64,000 nt of DNA from Macrostomum lignano. Lineage: Eukaryota. This document shows positions 1 through 10,350 of the stretch, in pieces (position 1 is the first letter of the stretch; each line of letters begins with the position of its first letter). Under the pieces are notes generated by a model. It saw only the letters and a program-made list of their open reading frames with translations. It did no database searches and was not told the DNA's origin. A program made the translations under genes and the position numbers. The DNA lies in contig NIVC01001829.1 in NCBI GenBank assembly GCA_002269645.1, positions 124,001-188,000 on the forward strand. Reading direction: 5' to 3'.

Positions 1-916
1 AAACCGAACAGGTTAAGCCTTGCTTAGACTAGGACAAGCAGCGTATATGCAGGAAGCGAGGATCACGTTTCACGGAAAAGGTTTTGAAGGCCACTTTTCG
101 CCGAGAAATACACTACGTAGACAGGAAGTCTTTATTTTCTCAGCACAAAATTTTTATTGCCCGTTCAAAACGAGGGTTAATATTGAGGGTTAATTATAAC
201 TAAATACATGTAGCTTAATGGTTAATTAACTTTCAAACAATAGTAAATTTCGTCACGCTATTAACGTTTATTAACGTAAATTAACTGACACCGCTGCTGC
301 GCTGGTGAAGTAAATTTCGGCAAATAATCCTTCCGCAAAATCTTCCAGGGAGCAAATTTACTGCTGAAAGGTAATTTACCTAGCCGGCACCATGCGTTCA
401 GCAGGTTAATTTACTTTGCCTAAGTGAATTTAATTTCTCGTTTAATTCACTTTACATGATGAGCAAATGTACTCCGTGGTTTGATTCCCTGTGTGCGATT
501 TGTACATGTAGATCACGAATGACGTCATGACGTTTTGCTAAATGTAAATTCAATACTTCAATACTACAGCCTAATGCATCGCAGTTTATGTGCCCTTTCT
601 CAGGACAAAAAATATACTAAGAAGTTTTGTGCTGATAAATTTTGATGCTGGTAAACTGTTGAAAAAAAGATACACGTTCTTAACTGCTGAATATATAATA
701 TAAAAAGAACAAGAAAATACAAAACAAATGCAGTGAAAAATATAAAAAACGTGAACAGAGATCAGAACAGAAAAACACATTGCAAAACGCAGTACTGCGC
801 CAAGTCCTAGCTCTAGGGTGCAAGCGAGTCTATGCGAGCTACAGCTCATGAAGAGACAGCTCTTCAATCACCTGACTCCAATCTTTATTGTTCAATTCTG
901 CGTCGGTTGCATCTAA

Positions 917-1333
917 GGAGACTCAGTTCTGACGTTGGACTTCAGAAGGGAGCGAGAGAATAGGTGGATTTCTGCCTAGGTGATCGTCCGCACAGGACCT
1001 CTGTCCTATAGACTGTTGGTCAACGGACAAGCCTGGAAGCGACACGTCGACCAAATCGTCAGAGCAGAATTACCTGGACACAACAAACTCGTCATCTATC
1101 ATTTGAACTACTCTCTGAACTATTCTGGAGGATCCTAAGAGAGTTCAGAGCGACCAAACTACCACCGAGAAAGAGCGGCGAGAGACTGAATCAACTCAGC
1201 GGGTCCAAGAAGTCCCAAGCCGAGGAGAATCTCAGGCAGCGGACACAGACCAGGATGACGCTGACCCTGGAGCAGAAGGATACTGAGCAATCGAAGCAAG
1301 CTGAGAAGACCGGATCGCCTACAGTATAGTTAA
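917..1333 (+). mobile_element. Decayed 3' end of a Ty3/Gypsy pol (integrase C-terminal region)
   Basis: Manual translation from 917 gives GDSVLTLDFRRERENRWISA*VIVRTGPLSYRLLVNGQAWKRHVDQIV, the GP(L)SY...WKRHVDQ pattern of Gypsy integrase tails. A shifted frame ends KLRRPDRLQYS* at 1333. It contains an in-frame stop and a frameshift. Confidence 0.75.
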
Positions 1334-1373
1334 AGCATGCGGATCCGGAGAAAAAATATTGACAAAGGGGGAA

Positions 1374-1622
1374 TGTTTTGTATAGATAAAAGACTAAACG
1401 GACTTTAGTTATCTCTGCATGTCCATTGTCTAGGGTAGGACCTTTTATTACCTTAAGAGCTGAATACTACAGTACCGCAAAGAACAATCATCTGCGTGCG
1501 CTCGCTAGAGGCAAATATAAGCCGTGAACCGCGGTACTCTAAACAAAGCTTCTTCGACTTATATTTTTATGCCCGATGATAGCCTTCAGGCTGTAATAAT
1601 TGTTGAAGTACAAGACGTAACA
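1374..1622 (+). mobile_element. Probable 3' LTR of the decayed Gypsy element
   Basis: A polypurine tract AAAGGGGGAA (1364-1373) is followed immediately by TG, and a candidate CA end lies at 1621-1622. There is no partner LTR in the window, so the right end is uncertain. Confidence 0.5.
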
Positions 1623-1656
1623 CTGACGTACCCAAGCATTGAAAGCTCTCGCCTCA

Positions 1657-1890
1657 TTACAACTTGCGAGTCACTGAGCTGAGCATCGATTGCAGCGGCC
1701 GATGCCTCATCCACAGTCGCAGAGTAGCTACCAGAGACCGGGTTCTCATAACAAAAAGCTTACAGGAAAACTGGAAGTTCAACCTGTTTCCACCACCTGT
1801 TTCCAATCGCACATACAGCGTCTTGCTTCCAACCCCCCTTGACAGTCGGTGTGTTGCGGAAGATGCTGTGGCATCCAGTATTTGTTGCAT
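1657..1890 (-). pseudogene. Inverted, internally deleted, frameshifted DEG/ENaC 5' fragment
   Basis: MQQILDATASSATHRLSRGVGSKTLYVR aligns to the N-termini of the intact copies, then jumps to GNRLNFQF (TM1 deleted). In another frame it reads ENPVSGSYSATVDEASAAAIDAQL, nearly identical to the intact paralogs, and then ends. Confidence 0.85.
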
Positions 1891-2762
1891 TCTCCTTCAG
1901 AGCTCTAGTGTGCTGCACTTATAATGCAGTGTTTCAAAACTTTGCTAAGCTTTCATTTTGGCTGCTAGTCATAAATCGCAATCTATAAGCTGTGCAAACA
2001 CTCCCAAAATCACTTTGACTCTCTTCCTAAGTTTATGGACACGACTCTCGCTCTCTGATAAATAGCTGATTTTAATTTTACACAGTTCGTTTGCAGTAGC
2101 ACAGCAATTTTTCGTAGCATATCCATAATTCAGTAGGATTTTTTTGAAACCATTTGTTCCAAAAGCGTCTTGATTTAAGGTTCTATCGTTTGCCCTGCTT
2201 CCAATGCATTTATGTAGCTTCAACCAACAAAATGCACTTTCTCTATACCAAAAAGCCTTTAACTAAGTCTGTTTCAATGACATCTGTTTGTAAAAGGTGC
2301 TGTACAATACGTTCGTATTTTTTGTGAGCAACGTCTAGCTGAGTAAATAGTTGCAGTGTTACAACGCAACCCATATTTTAACTTCAGCAGACTTGTCTGC
2401 GTATGACCAGTCACTTTCAAGTTCAATAGAATTGATTTTCATGTGAGTGGTAGAGCAGTGGCGAAAATGAATGGCGGACTCCGACGAAAAAAGAAAGTTA
2501 AAAAATGTAGAAAAAGCTCAAAGCCTCCACATGGGCGGAGCCATAATATTTATTTAGAAGATTTGTTCGGTGCCGATATTGAGCATTGAGCAATGTACTT
2601 TACATAGATATGCGATCAGACAATGCACAATGAGCCGTCCGCCGGGGGGCGAAGAACGGAGGCGATCGCCAACTAGTTAAAAAAGCATCACAAAAATAGC
2701 AAGTCATCCCGGTCAGAGAGGAAGCTTCGCATTCAAAAAATTAAAACCGAGAAAAATCAAGC

Positions 2763-4475
2763 ATGCAGCAAGTCAAGAAAGCCATGGCTTCAACATCAGT
2801 GCACGGACTACCCAGAGTAGTGAGCAGCAAACCGCTGATTGTGCGAGCTTTCTGGCTCATCCTGATGCTGCTGATGTCGGGACTCTTCTTTTACGGATTC
2901 TACCAGTTCATTGTCAAGCTGCAGTCTCGGCAGGTCACCAGCTCGCTTGATGGAAACAGCCTCAACTTCCAGTTCCCGGATGTGTACACCTGTTTCGAGA
3001 ACCCGATCTCTGGCAGCTACTCTGCTACTATTGATGAGGCATCGGCTGCTGCAATCAACGCTCAGCTCATTGGCTCTCAAACACTCCTACGGCGAAAACT
3101 TCAAAGAAACGGATCAATGGACGCTACACTCCAAGAGATGACGCTCTCACGTTCCTATCCTCAGTCAATATCATATCAGCTGTTGATTGATGCTCTGGCT
3201 CACCGAAACGAACAGAGCATCATCACGAGTGACTTCAAGTTTAAAACAGGTTACGGAATGGCCGAATATGTGTCCATCAAAGCGCAGACCTTCTACCATC
3301 CGATGTACTTGCGCTGTCTCAAGTGGACTCTGAACAGCACGTGGCAACAACAGATTGAACAGACCGGCTCATCATCCGGCATTGTGGTCACCCTGGTTAC
3401 GGACTCGGCGTTCCAAGGACTCGCATCGAGCGGACACTCGATCCAAAAGATGGTGTACGCAGGACGAACTCTCATTCCTGTGTCCGACTGGTCGCTCAAT
3501 GTCGCCGACTACAACGGACCCGACAGACAGGCAGGTGTGAAAGTGTTCCTCACGCCCCCAGGTGAGTATCCATCCGACTTCGTGAGCTCGTTCTCGCTGG
3601 GACCCGGAAAGTCCCACACCGTTGAGATCGACATGACGCAGCAGGTGTACAAGGCTGGTCAGTTCGACTGTCTGAGCGACCCGCCTGACGTTCAGTTCGT
3701 GAACCCGTACGACGAGACTCCATACAAGCACTCGTACAGCTACTCGTACTGCTTCTACTACGAGTTCCACCGACAGATGCAGCAGCTCGTCAATCTGTCA
3801 AGCGATGCCGGTCCTCTTCCGTGGCCTCTGCGTGGAAAGAAGTTCGCACTTAACCTTACAGGTGATCCAAACTTCTTGGTATTTTTTAGCGACCCATCTC
3901 TGGAACCTCTCACCAGTCAGATCGACGTAAAATCGAAAGAGACATGTAAAGCTAAACGACTTTGCAGCACACTGCAGTACAGCGCGACCATCTCCAGTTC
4001 CGACTGGCCCACTCAGAGCTCAATGATGCCGTTCGTCAGCAGCTCCATCCAACCTGTTTGGATGAGGGCCAACTCTAAGAATCTGAGTGTTCCGGCTCTC
4101 GACCTCGTCGTGAACGGAAACGAGTCGATCGTGTCCTCATACATCCGCAGCAACATGCTCAAAGTGCACTTCAAGCCGCATCGAGTTCTGTGCGATCGGA
4201 TGAACTTCTCGATCGACTACGGTTTGCAGAACTTCATCTCGGACGTCGGCGGCATCATGGGCATCTACCTGGGAATGTCTCTGCTCACTCTGTGCGAGCT
4301 GTTCGAGCTCATCTTCGACATCGCCTCCTTTGGCAGGAAGAAAGCAAGAGCTTCGAGCTCCAAGCCGGCAGCTTCTTCAATCCAGCAGTTTGGAGTCAGA
4401 AAAAAGAGTTTCGCGCCGCCGCCAAAACAGTCTACAAAGAGCCTCAGCATCAGCAGCATCTCAAGCGAGCCTTGA
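2763..4475 (+). CDS. DEG/ENaC (amiloride-sensitive/ASIC-like) channel subunit, copy 1, intronless, 570 aa
   Basis: Pre-TM1 STSVHG motif, TM1 (FWLILMLLMSGLFFYGFYQF), FPDVYTC, large ectodomain, and TM2 DVGGIMGIYLGMSLLTLCELFE with a GxS selectivity belt. Confidence 0.93.
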   Translation: MQQVKKAMASTSVHGLPRVVSSKPLIVRAFWLILMLLMSGLFFYGFYQFIVKLQSRQVTSSLDGNSLNFQFPDVYTCFENPISGSYSATIDEASAAAINAQLIGSQTLLRRKLQRNGSMDATLQEMTLSRSYPQSISYQLLIDALAHRNEQSIITSDFKFKTGYGMAEYVSIKAQTFYHPMYLRCLKWTLNSTWQQQIEQTGSSSGIVVTLVTDSAFQGLASSGHSIQKMVYAGRTLIPVSDWSLNVADYNGPDRQAGVKVFLTPPGEYPSDFVSSFSLGPGKSHTVEIDMTQQVYKAGQFDCLSDPPDVQFVNPYDETPYKHSYSYSYCFYYEFHRQMQQLVNLSSDAGPLPWPLRGKKFALNLTGDPNFLVFFSDPSLEPLTSQIDVKSKETCKAKRLCSTLQYSATISSSDWPTQSSMMPFVSSSIQPVWMRANSKNLSVPALDLVVNGNESIVSSYIRSNMLKVHFKPHRVLCDRMNFSIDYGLQNFISDVGGIMGIYLGMSLLTLCELFELIFDIASFGRKKARASSSKPAASSIQQFGVRKKSFAPPPKQSTKSLSISSISSEP

Positions 4476-4849
4476 ATTAAAGATTTTTTTAATCTGACAT
4501 GGCGTTGAAATATCATACAACAGTAGTAAGTTAACGCGTTTTATTTATTGGATTAAGCGTGCAAGAATTTAATCCCATCGACTTCTGAAAGATGAGCGAT
4601 TGACCTCATCACCTACTCCGAGCTGCTTCTGAGGGATGCGGGAGCCCCTATTCTGACTCTGACTGGGGGACCTGACCGTTTTAGAAGTGCGGCCCAATAA
4701 AGGCGTGCGCATTTTGTTTTTGTTGTTGTTGCTAATATTGTTGTCGTAATAAATTTTCGTTTTGATGGCTGCCTTCAGGTAGATTTTTCTTGGAATTTTT
4801 GCTGATTTTTTGACATTGAAGAATAATATGTTGACCAATTCAAATATAC

Positions 4850-5000
4850 TGAAGCCAAGGAAGTGCCTCGTTTCGTGAAGTACTTTGGCAACTTCATTCC
4901 CAGCCTCTCCAGGCTTGCGGAGCCCCTCATCAAACTGCTAAAGAAGGACAAGCCATGGAAGAGGAGGACCGCAGGCTTTCGAGCAGCTATGACATCTGTT
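4850..5000 (+). mobile_element. Short Gypsy RT/RNase H connection relic
   Basis: From 4872 it reads FVKYFGNFIPSLSRLAEPLIKLLKKDKPW, then QAFEQL in a shifted frame. This matches the YY..FIP.FS..A.PL..LLKK...F.W...AF..L pattern of Gypsy pol. Confidence 0.65.
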
Positions 5001-6499
5001 TGAGAAAGGTGTGTGTACGTTCGTATATTATGAGCAATGTCAGCATGTACTCGTATTTTCCCTTTTTCCTGCAGAAATCAGTGTAGCGGCTGAACCTTAG
5101 TATTGCTATTACTGCTGGAAAAGGGCATCTCGTAGTTGATTATGGTTCCCTTTTATATCCATGACCATGACATATCCGGTTGCTGCAAAAGGATTGCAAC
5201 CGGCTAGCAACCATATACACAATCTGTAGTAATTGTCCATCGGGTCTAAGTGTTTTAACTATAACTGATTAACTTTGGGGCTAGAATGTATACATGGCTG
5301 TTCAATTACCTTATATGCATCGTGCGTTCAATTATGAGTATCGTTCGTTTGACTGCGTAACACTGTTGTCAACGCGCATGAGTATAAACATATTAATCGA
5401 GACCTGAGAGTCTACGTGAACTTCACTATAACTAAAAACACAACACAATCTACATTTAACAATTCCGGCAAATAATGCTATTGTGGCCGAAATGGGTTTC
5501 CTATTATTTACTGTAAAAGGAAGCAACACCACGATTGAATTTAACTTCGATATTTTTAAACTCGGTAGATACCGCAGATACTTGAGTAGTTTTTTGATTG
5601 CAAAAACTCGTAGATCATTGTACGACTATCATTTTTAATGGGGTTTTTAGGGGTACACCAATAAAGCCAAATTGTTGCAAATGCTGCACAATGTCTATGG
5701 CCAGAACCAGGCAAAGATTATACGCTATATTTGACCTTTCTTACATAGAAAACACGAGGACAAGGACGAGGACCTACCGGCCTCGACGCTATGGCAGTTG
5801 TGTGTGAAGCGTGACCTCTCGATAGTGGAATTGTGTCTATTTTCGTCCAAAAAACCAATTCAAAACGGCTAGGACACAACTTCCCAGACGGGAATTGTTC
5901 ACTAAGCGATTCTAGGGATTTGTGTCATAGGCATTTTCCACTTGGTGCAAGCCAAATGATGGCCATAGAATAAACGTCTGGAACGAAAAGTTAAGCGGAA
6001 CAGTCTGAAATTACCATAGACGAAACATGTTAAATGAAGTTGTGGTCTTATAAGCTGGAACTCTGCAGCAGAGGATACATGTTCCTGTTTCCTCCGTTTG
6101 CCCTAACCTCTATTCATGCCACTCATACGAATGATAAATTGGTCGAATTTGCCGATTGAAAGCATTGACGGCTTGAATGGAAATGAGGTCAACTTTCTCA
6201 GCGACTTGAGTATGGGTGGACGTGACGAGGCGGATGACTAAGAGTTGATGGAGTTCATCCGATTCATTGAATGCGGTAACGATGATGCTCTGCCACCACT
6301 GCCAAGCGAAGAAGAGGCTTACCCCGAGGATCCCATGCGGAACAAACCATGCAATTCGGCCGATGTGAGTGTAACGTCTAAAGACATTTCTTCGGCTGAC
6401 GTATCCGCAATGGATACTGCTGTGCTGCAGGCTGTGTTACCGTTTTCGTAATCTGTTTATTCAGCTTTGTTGTATCGAATAAAAAATATCATTGCAAAC

Positions 6500-6640
6500 G
6501 CATTGATACAGGAATACACAGATTGCTCATCTGCAAATGGGTATATCCAAATATAACCGTTGGGAATATCCAAAGATGGAGGGCGGCTTGACCATAGACT
6601 ATTCGCAGATAAGCAATCTGTTGTATTCCTGTTTCGATGC
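6500..6640. repeat. Small fold-back / MITE-like element with about 40-bp inverted arms
   Basis: GCATTGATACAGGAATACACAGATTGCTCATCTGCAAAT (from 6500) is the near reverse complement of ATTCGCAGATAAGCAATCTGTTGTATTCCTGTTTCGATGC (6601-6640). No clear TSD. Confidence 0.6.
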
Positions 6641-7754
6641 CTGAAAGGCGCGCAAAAATTTACTTAGTTCACAATTTCCGTCGACGCAATCGTTTGTGGC
6701 CCAAACAAAACCAGGCACAATCTTCGATTGTTTAGTAAAGTTGACCGTAGTGAGTTTACAAGTCGTATTTTATTACTTCTGGCTGTTTAGTTTCGGCGGT
6801 CCTATAGAGTCGGTGAGTATAGTCATTGATTTTTAGCGCCCCGCCAAAACTTCGAAGCGCCCATCTATTTCAAGATCAATTTCATTCATAATTGTTGACA
6901 GTCACACGTTTGGTGTGACTGCTAACTCTTCAAACTGTCTGCTTTAGACTATACAAACATTTCGGGCGTTCACCAGTGGAGACATGGTGCACGGCTTTTG
7001 AGTGCAGCAACGATCTAGACACGAGTGCGCAAAGATTATTAATTCCGTTGTTGAGTTTGCTTTTACAATAGAAAAAGCGTGCTCTTTTTCTCTAATCTCC
7101 TCTCCTCTTTTATCTTCCCTCTCCCCCGTCTTGTCTCATCCCTCAGTTTTCCCCAATCTAATAATTTTCCATCAGCTTAAGCTGTGTGCTGCCTGTCAAA
7201 TAAAAAGCTTTTTACCTGGTTGCTGGTTGCGTCCGATGGAGGGAAGCTTTTAATAGATAGCAATGCAGGAATTTACACTCAAATAACAAGTCACTTTTGG
7301 CAGCAGCAATTAGCTACAGTTTGCTAAGAGCGGCTGGCCAAGCAAACGGAAAAGCAATAATACGTTAAATCGAAAAGCTCACCAAATATTGACATATCAG
7401 CGTGCAGCTGAAACTTGATAAAAGCTTTAACACTGTCACTGAGGTGCTGTAATGATTAATTCATACCTTTAAATTTTTCCATAGCCAAAGCCCCCATAGT
7501 CATTTTAAATAATGCTCGTATTTTCCCTAGATACCATTTCAGAAGTATTTTCCAGCGCTTTATAGATCAGTTGCACTATTTAAGCGATAGCAGTGTACTT
7601 CCCACTCAAAAAATAGCCAAACAAAACGCCATTAGTTCGTCAAACAGCACACCACCCACTATACTGTTGCGAGACGATTTAAAAGCGACAAATGAACCGA
7701 ATGGAACTCAAACTCATATTGCAAAGAAACTGTACGAGTTATTCTCAAAGCAAA

Positions 7755-9452
7755 ATGAAACAACAGTTGAAGATGGCCATGGCCTCAACTTCGGCCCATA
7801 GGTTCTCGAGAATTGTCAGCAGCAAACCTCTGGCTGTGCGAGCTTTCTGGCTCACCCTGATGCTGCTGATGTCGAGCCTCTTCCTTTACGGATTCTACCA
7901 ATTCGCTGTCAAGCTGCAGTCTCGGCAGGTAGCGAGCACGCTTGAAGGAAATGGCCTCAACTTCCAATTCCCGGATGTGTACGCCTGTTTTGAGAACCCG
8001 ATCTCTGGCAGCTATTCTGCGACTGTGGATGAGGCATCGGCTGCTGCAATCAATCATCAGCTCAACAGACTCGACTTTGCCCTAACGCGCGAGTTAAAAA
8101 AATTGGACAGAAAAACAAAATATTGTAAAAAATACTTTACAAGTGTCTTTCCACAGTCGATATCTTACAAACTTTTAATCGACGCGCTGGCCCACCGACA
8201 CGAACAGGCAGTCATTTCAAGCGACATAAAGTTCAATAGCAACTACGGAATGCTTGACTTCGAGGACGCTGAAGCGCAGACCTTCTACCACCCGATGTAC
8301 TTGCGCTGTCTCAGGTGGACTCTGAACAGCACGTGGCAACAAAAGATCGTACAGACCGGCTCATCATCCGGTATTGTGGTCACCCTGGTTACGGACTCGT
8401 CGTTCCAAGGACTCGCATCAAGCGGACACTCGATCCAAAAGATGGTGTACGCAGGACGAACTCCCATTCCTGTGTCCGACTGGTCGCTCAATGTCGCCGA
8501 CTACAACGGACCCGACAGACAGGCAGGTGTGAAAGTGTTCCTCACGCCTCCAGGTGAGTATCCGTCCGATTTCGTGAGCTCTTTCTCGCTGGGACCCGGA
8601 AAGTCCCACACCGTCGAGATCGACATGACGCAGCAGGTGTACAAGGCTGGTCAGTTCGACTGTCTGAGCGACCCGCCGGACGTTCAGTTCGTGAACCCGT
8701 ACGACGAGACTCCGTACAAGCACTCGTACAGCTACTCGTACTGCTTCTACTACGAGTTCCACCGACAGATGCAGCAGCTCGTCAATCTGTCAAATGCTGT
8801 CGGACCACTTCCGTGGCCGCTGCGTGGAAAAAAGTTCGTCACGAATTTTACTGGCGAGCCAAACTTTCTGATATTTTACAAAGCAAATTATAACATGGAG
8901 CAGTTTGCTAAAGTAACAAACGCTAAATGTAAAACCAAGAAGCCTTGCAGCACACTGCAGTACAGCGCGACCATCTCGAGTTCCGACTGGCCCACTCAGA
9001 GCTCAATGATGCCGTTCGTCAGCAGCTCCATCCAACCTGTTTGGATGAGGGCCAACTCTAAGAATCTGAGTGTTCCGGCTCTCGACCTCGTCGTGAACGG
9101 AAACGAGTCGATCGTGTCCTCATACATCCGCAGCAACATGCTCAAAGTACACTTCAAGCCGCATCGAGTTCTGTGCGATCGGATGAACTTCTCGATCGAC
9201 TACGGTTTGCAGGACTTCATCTCGGACGTCGGCGGCATCATGGGCATCTACCTGGGAATGTCTCTGCTCACCCTGTGCGAGCTGTTCGAGCTCATCTTCG
9301 ACATCGTCTCAGTCAGCTTAAAAAAATGGAGACCTTCGAACACAAGTGGAGTAACAAACAAGATTGGTGTGGCGGCATTGACTAATCATCATTCGTCAAG
9401 AGATCTTCCCGAACAATTAAACATCAGCAGCAACGTATCCATTGTGCAATGA
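7755..9452 (+). CDS. DEG/ENaC channel subunit, copy 2, intronless
   Basis: Paralog of copy 1 with the same TM1/TM2 motifs. ATG 7755 (MKQQLKMAMAST) aligns with the starts of copies 1 and 3, whereas the ORF track begins at the upstream ATG 7692. The pre-TM1 motif reads STSAHR. Confidence 0.92.
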   Translation: MKQQLKMAMASTSAHRFSRIVSSKPLAVRAFWLTLMLLMSSLFLYGFYQFAVKLQSRQVASTLEGNGLNFQFPDVYACFENPISGSYSATVDEASAAAINHQLNRLDFALTRELKKLDRKTKYCKKYFTSVFPQSISYKLLIDALAHRHEQAVISSDIKFNSNYGMLDFEDAEAQTFYHPMYLRCLRWTLNSTWQQKIVQTGSSSGIVVTLVTDSSFQGLASSGHSIQKMVYAGRTPIPVSDWSLNVADYNGPDRQAGVKVFLTPPGEYPSDFVSSFSLGPGKSHTVEIDMTQQVYKAGQFDCLSDPPDVQFVNPYDETPYKHSYSYSYCFYYEFHRQMQQLVNLSNAVGPLPWPLRGKKFVTNFTGEPNFLIFYKANYNMEQFAKVTNAKCKTKKPCSTLQYSATISSSDWPTQSSMMPFVSSSIQPVWMRANSKNLSVPALDLVVNGNESIVSSYIRSNMLKVHFKPHRVLCDRMNFSIDYGLQDFISDVGGIMGIYLGMSLLTLCELFELIFDIVSVSLKKWRPSNTSGVTNKIGVAALTNHHSSRDLPEQLNISSNVSIVQ

Positions 9453-10350
9453 AGCACGTTTAAACAACGATGCTTTAAATTCGCGCTTTGACTCTTGAGG
9501 TAAATTTTACTATTCACGTACATGTAAGGGCAAAAGTGTGTCAGTCCATAAAATCTTATTTGTAATGAATAGAAGCAAGAATTCCTTTCTCCAAGCTTTC
9601 ATGCATGCAGATTTCCATCGAGCTTGTTTAGCGTTGACAATGGCCAATTATTTTCCCAGTGGCTACCTGCATCTGACAATTGTTCTCTATTGGTAGACAA
9701 GTACGAGATAAGATTAGTCTTAGCCTTCATATATATACAAGAATATAGATTTGTGTGTAGAAATACCAGATATGTCTCTCTGGAATAATTTTTGCTCTCT
9801 TTATTTGATAATTGACGGTTGGCGGAGCGGTCACAAATACTAATTATATAAAGTGGGTCTGAAGCACAATACCATGTTTGCTGAGTTATTTCTCTCAGTG
9901 GACAGCAATCCAGTGAAAAGTACTATATTTGTAGGGCATCGAAATGGAATGGAAACTAGGGTGTATTTTGTGCCAAAAATATCCAAAGTACCTATAACCA
10001 CTCAAGCAGTCTACTGCTTTCGGACTGGGCACAATCAAGCTGCTAACAATGGCATAGATACTCGACAAGGGGACCACATTAATTAATCAATTAACCAAAA
10101 TGAAAACGCATCCAGACCTGGCCAATACATAAAGGCCCTTGACAGTCCATTGTGGAAAAGCAAGTCTAGAAGCGATTCAGAAATCTTCGCTCGTAATAAT
10201 GGGAATCGCCACTCAGACTTGCTATCCTAGAAATGCAGTACAGTATCGTTGTATAAATACATGCTGATAAGTTTGTCGACCTAAAACTTCTCTACGAGCA
10301 GTAAATGCGAGACTAAATCTGGAACCCAGAAACTGCAACCAGAAACATTT

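Noticed and set aside
7692-7754. N-terminal extension of DEG/ENaC copy 2
   Set aside because: No counterpart in the paralogs; ATG 7755 aligns with their starts.
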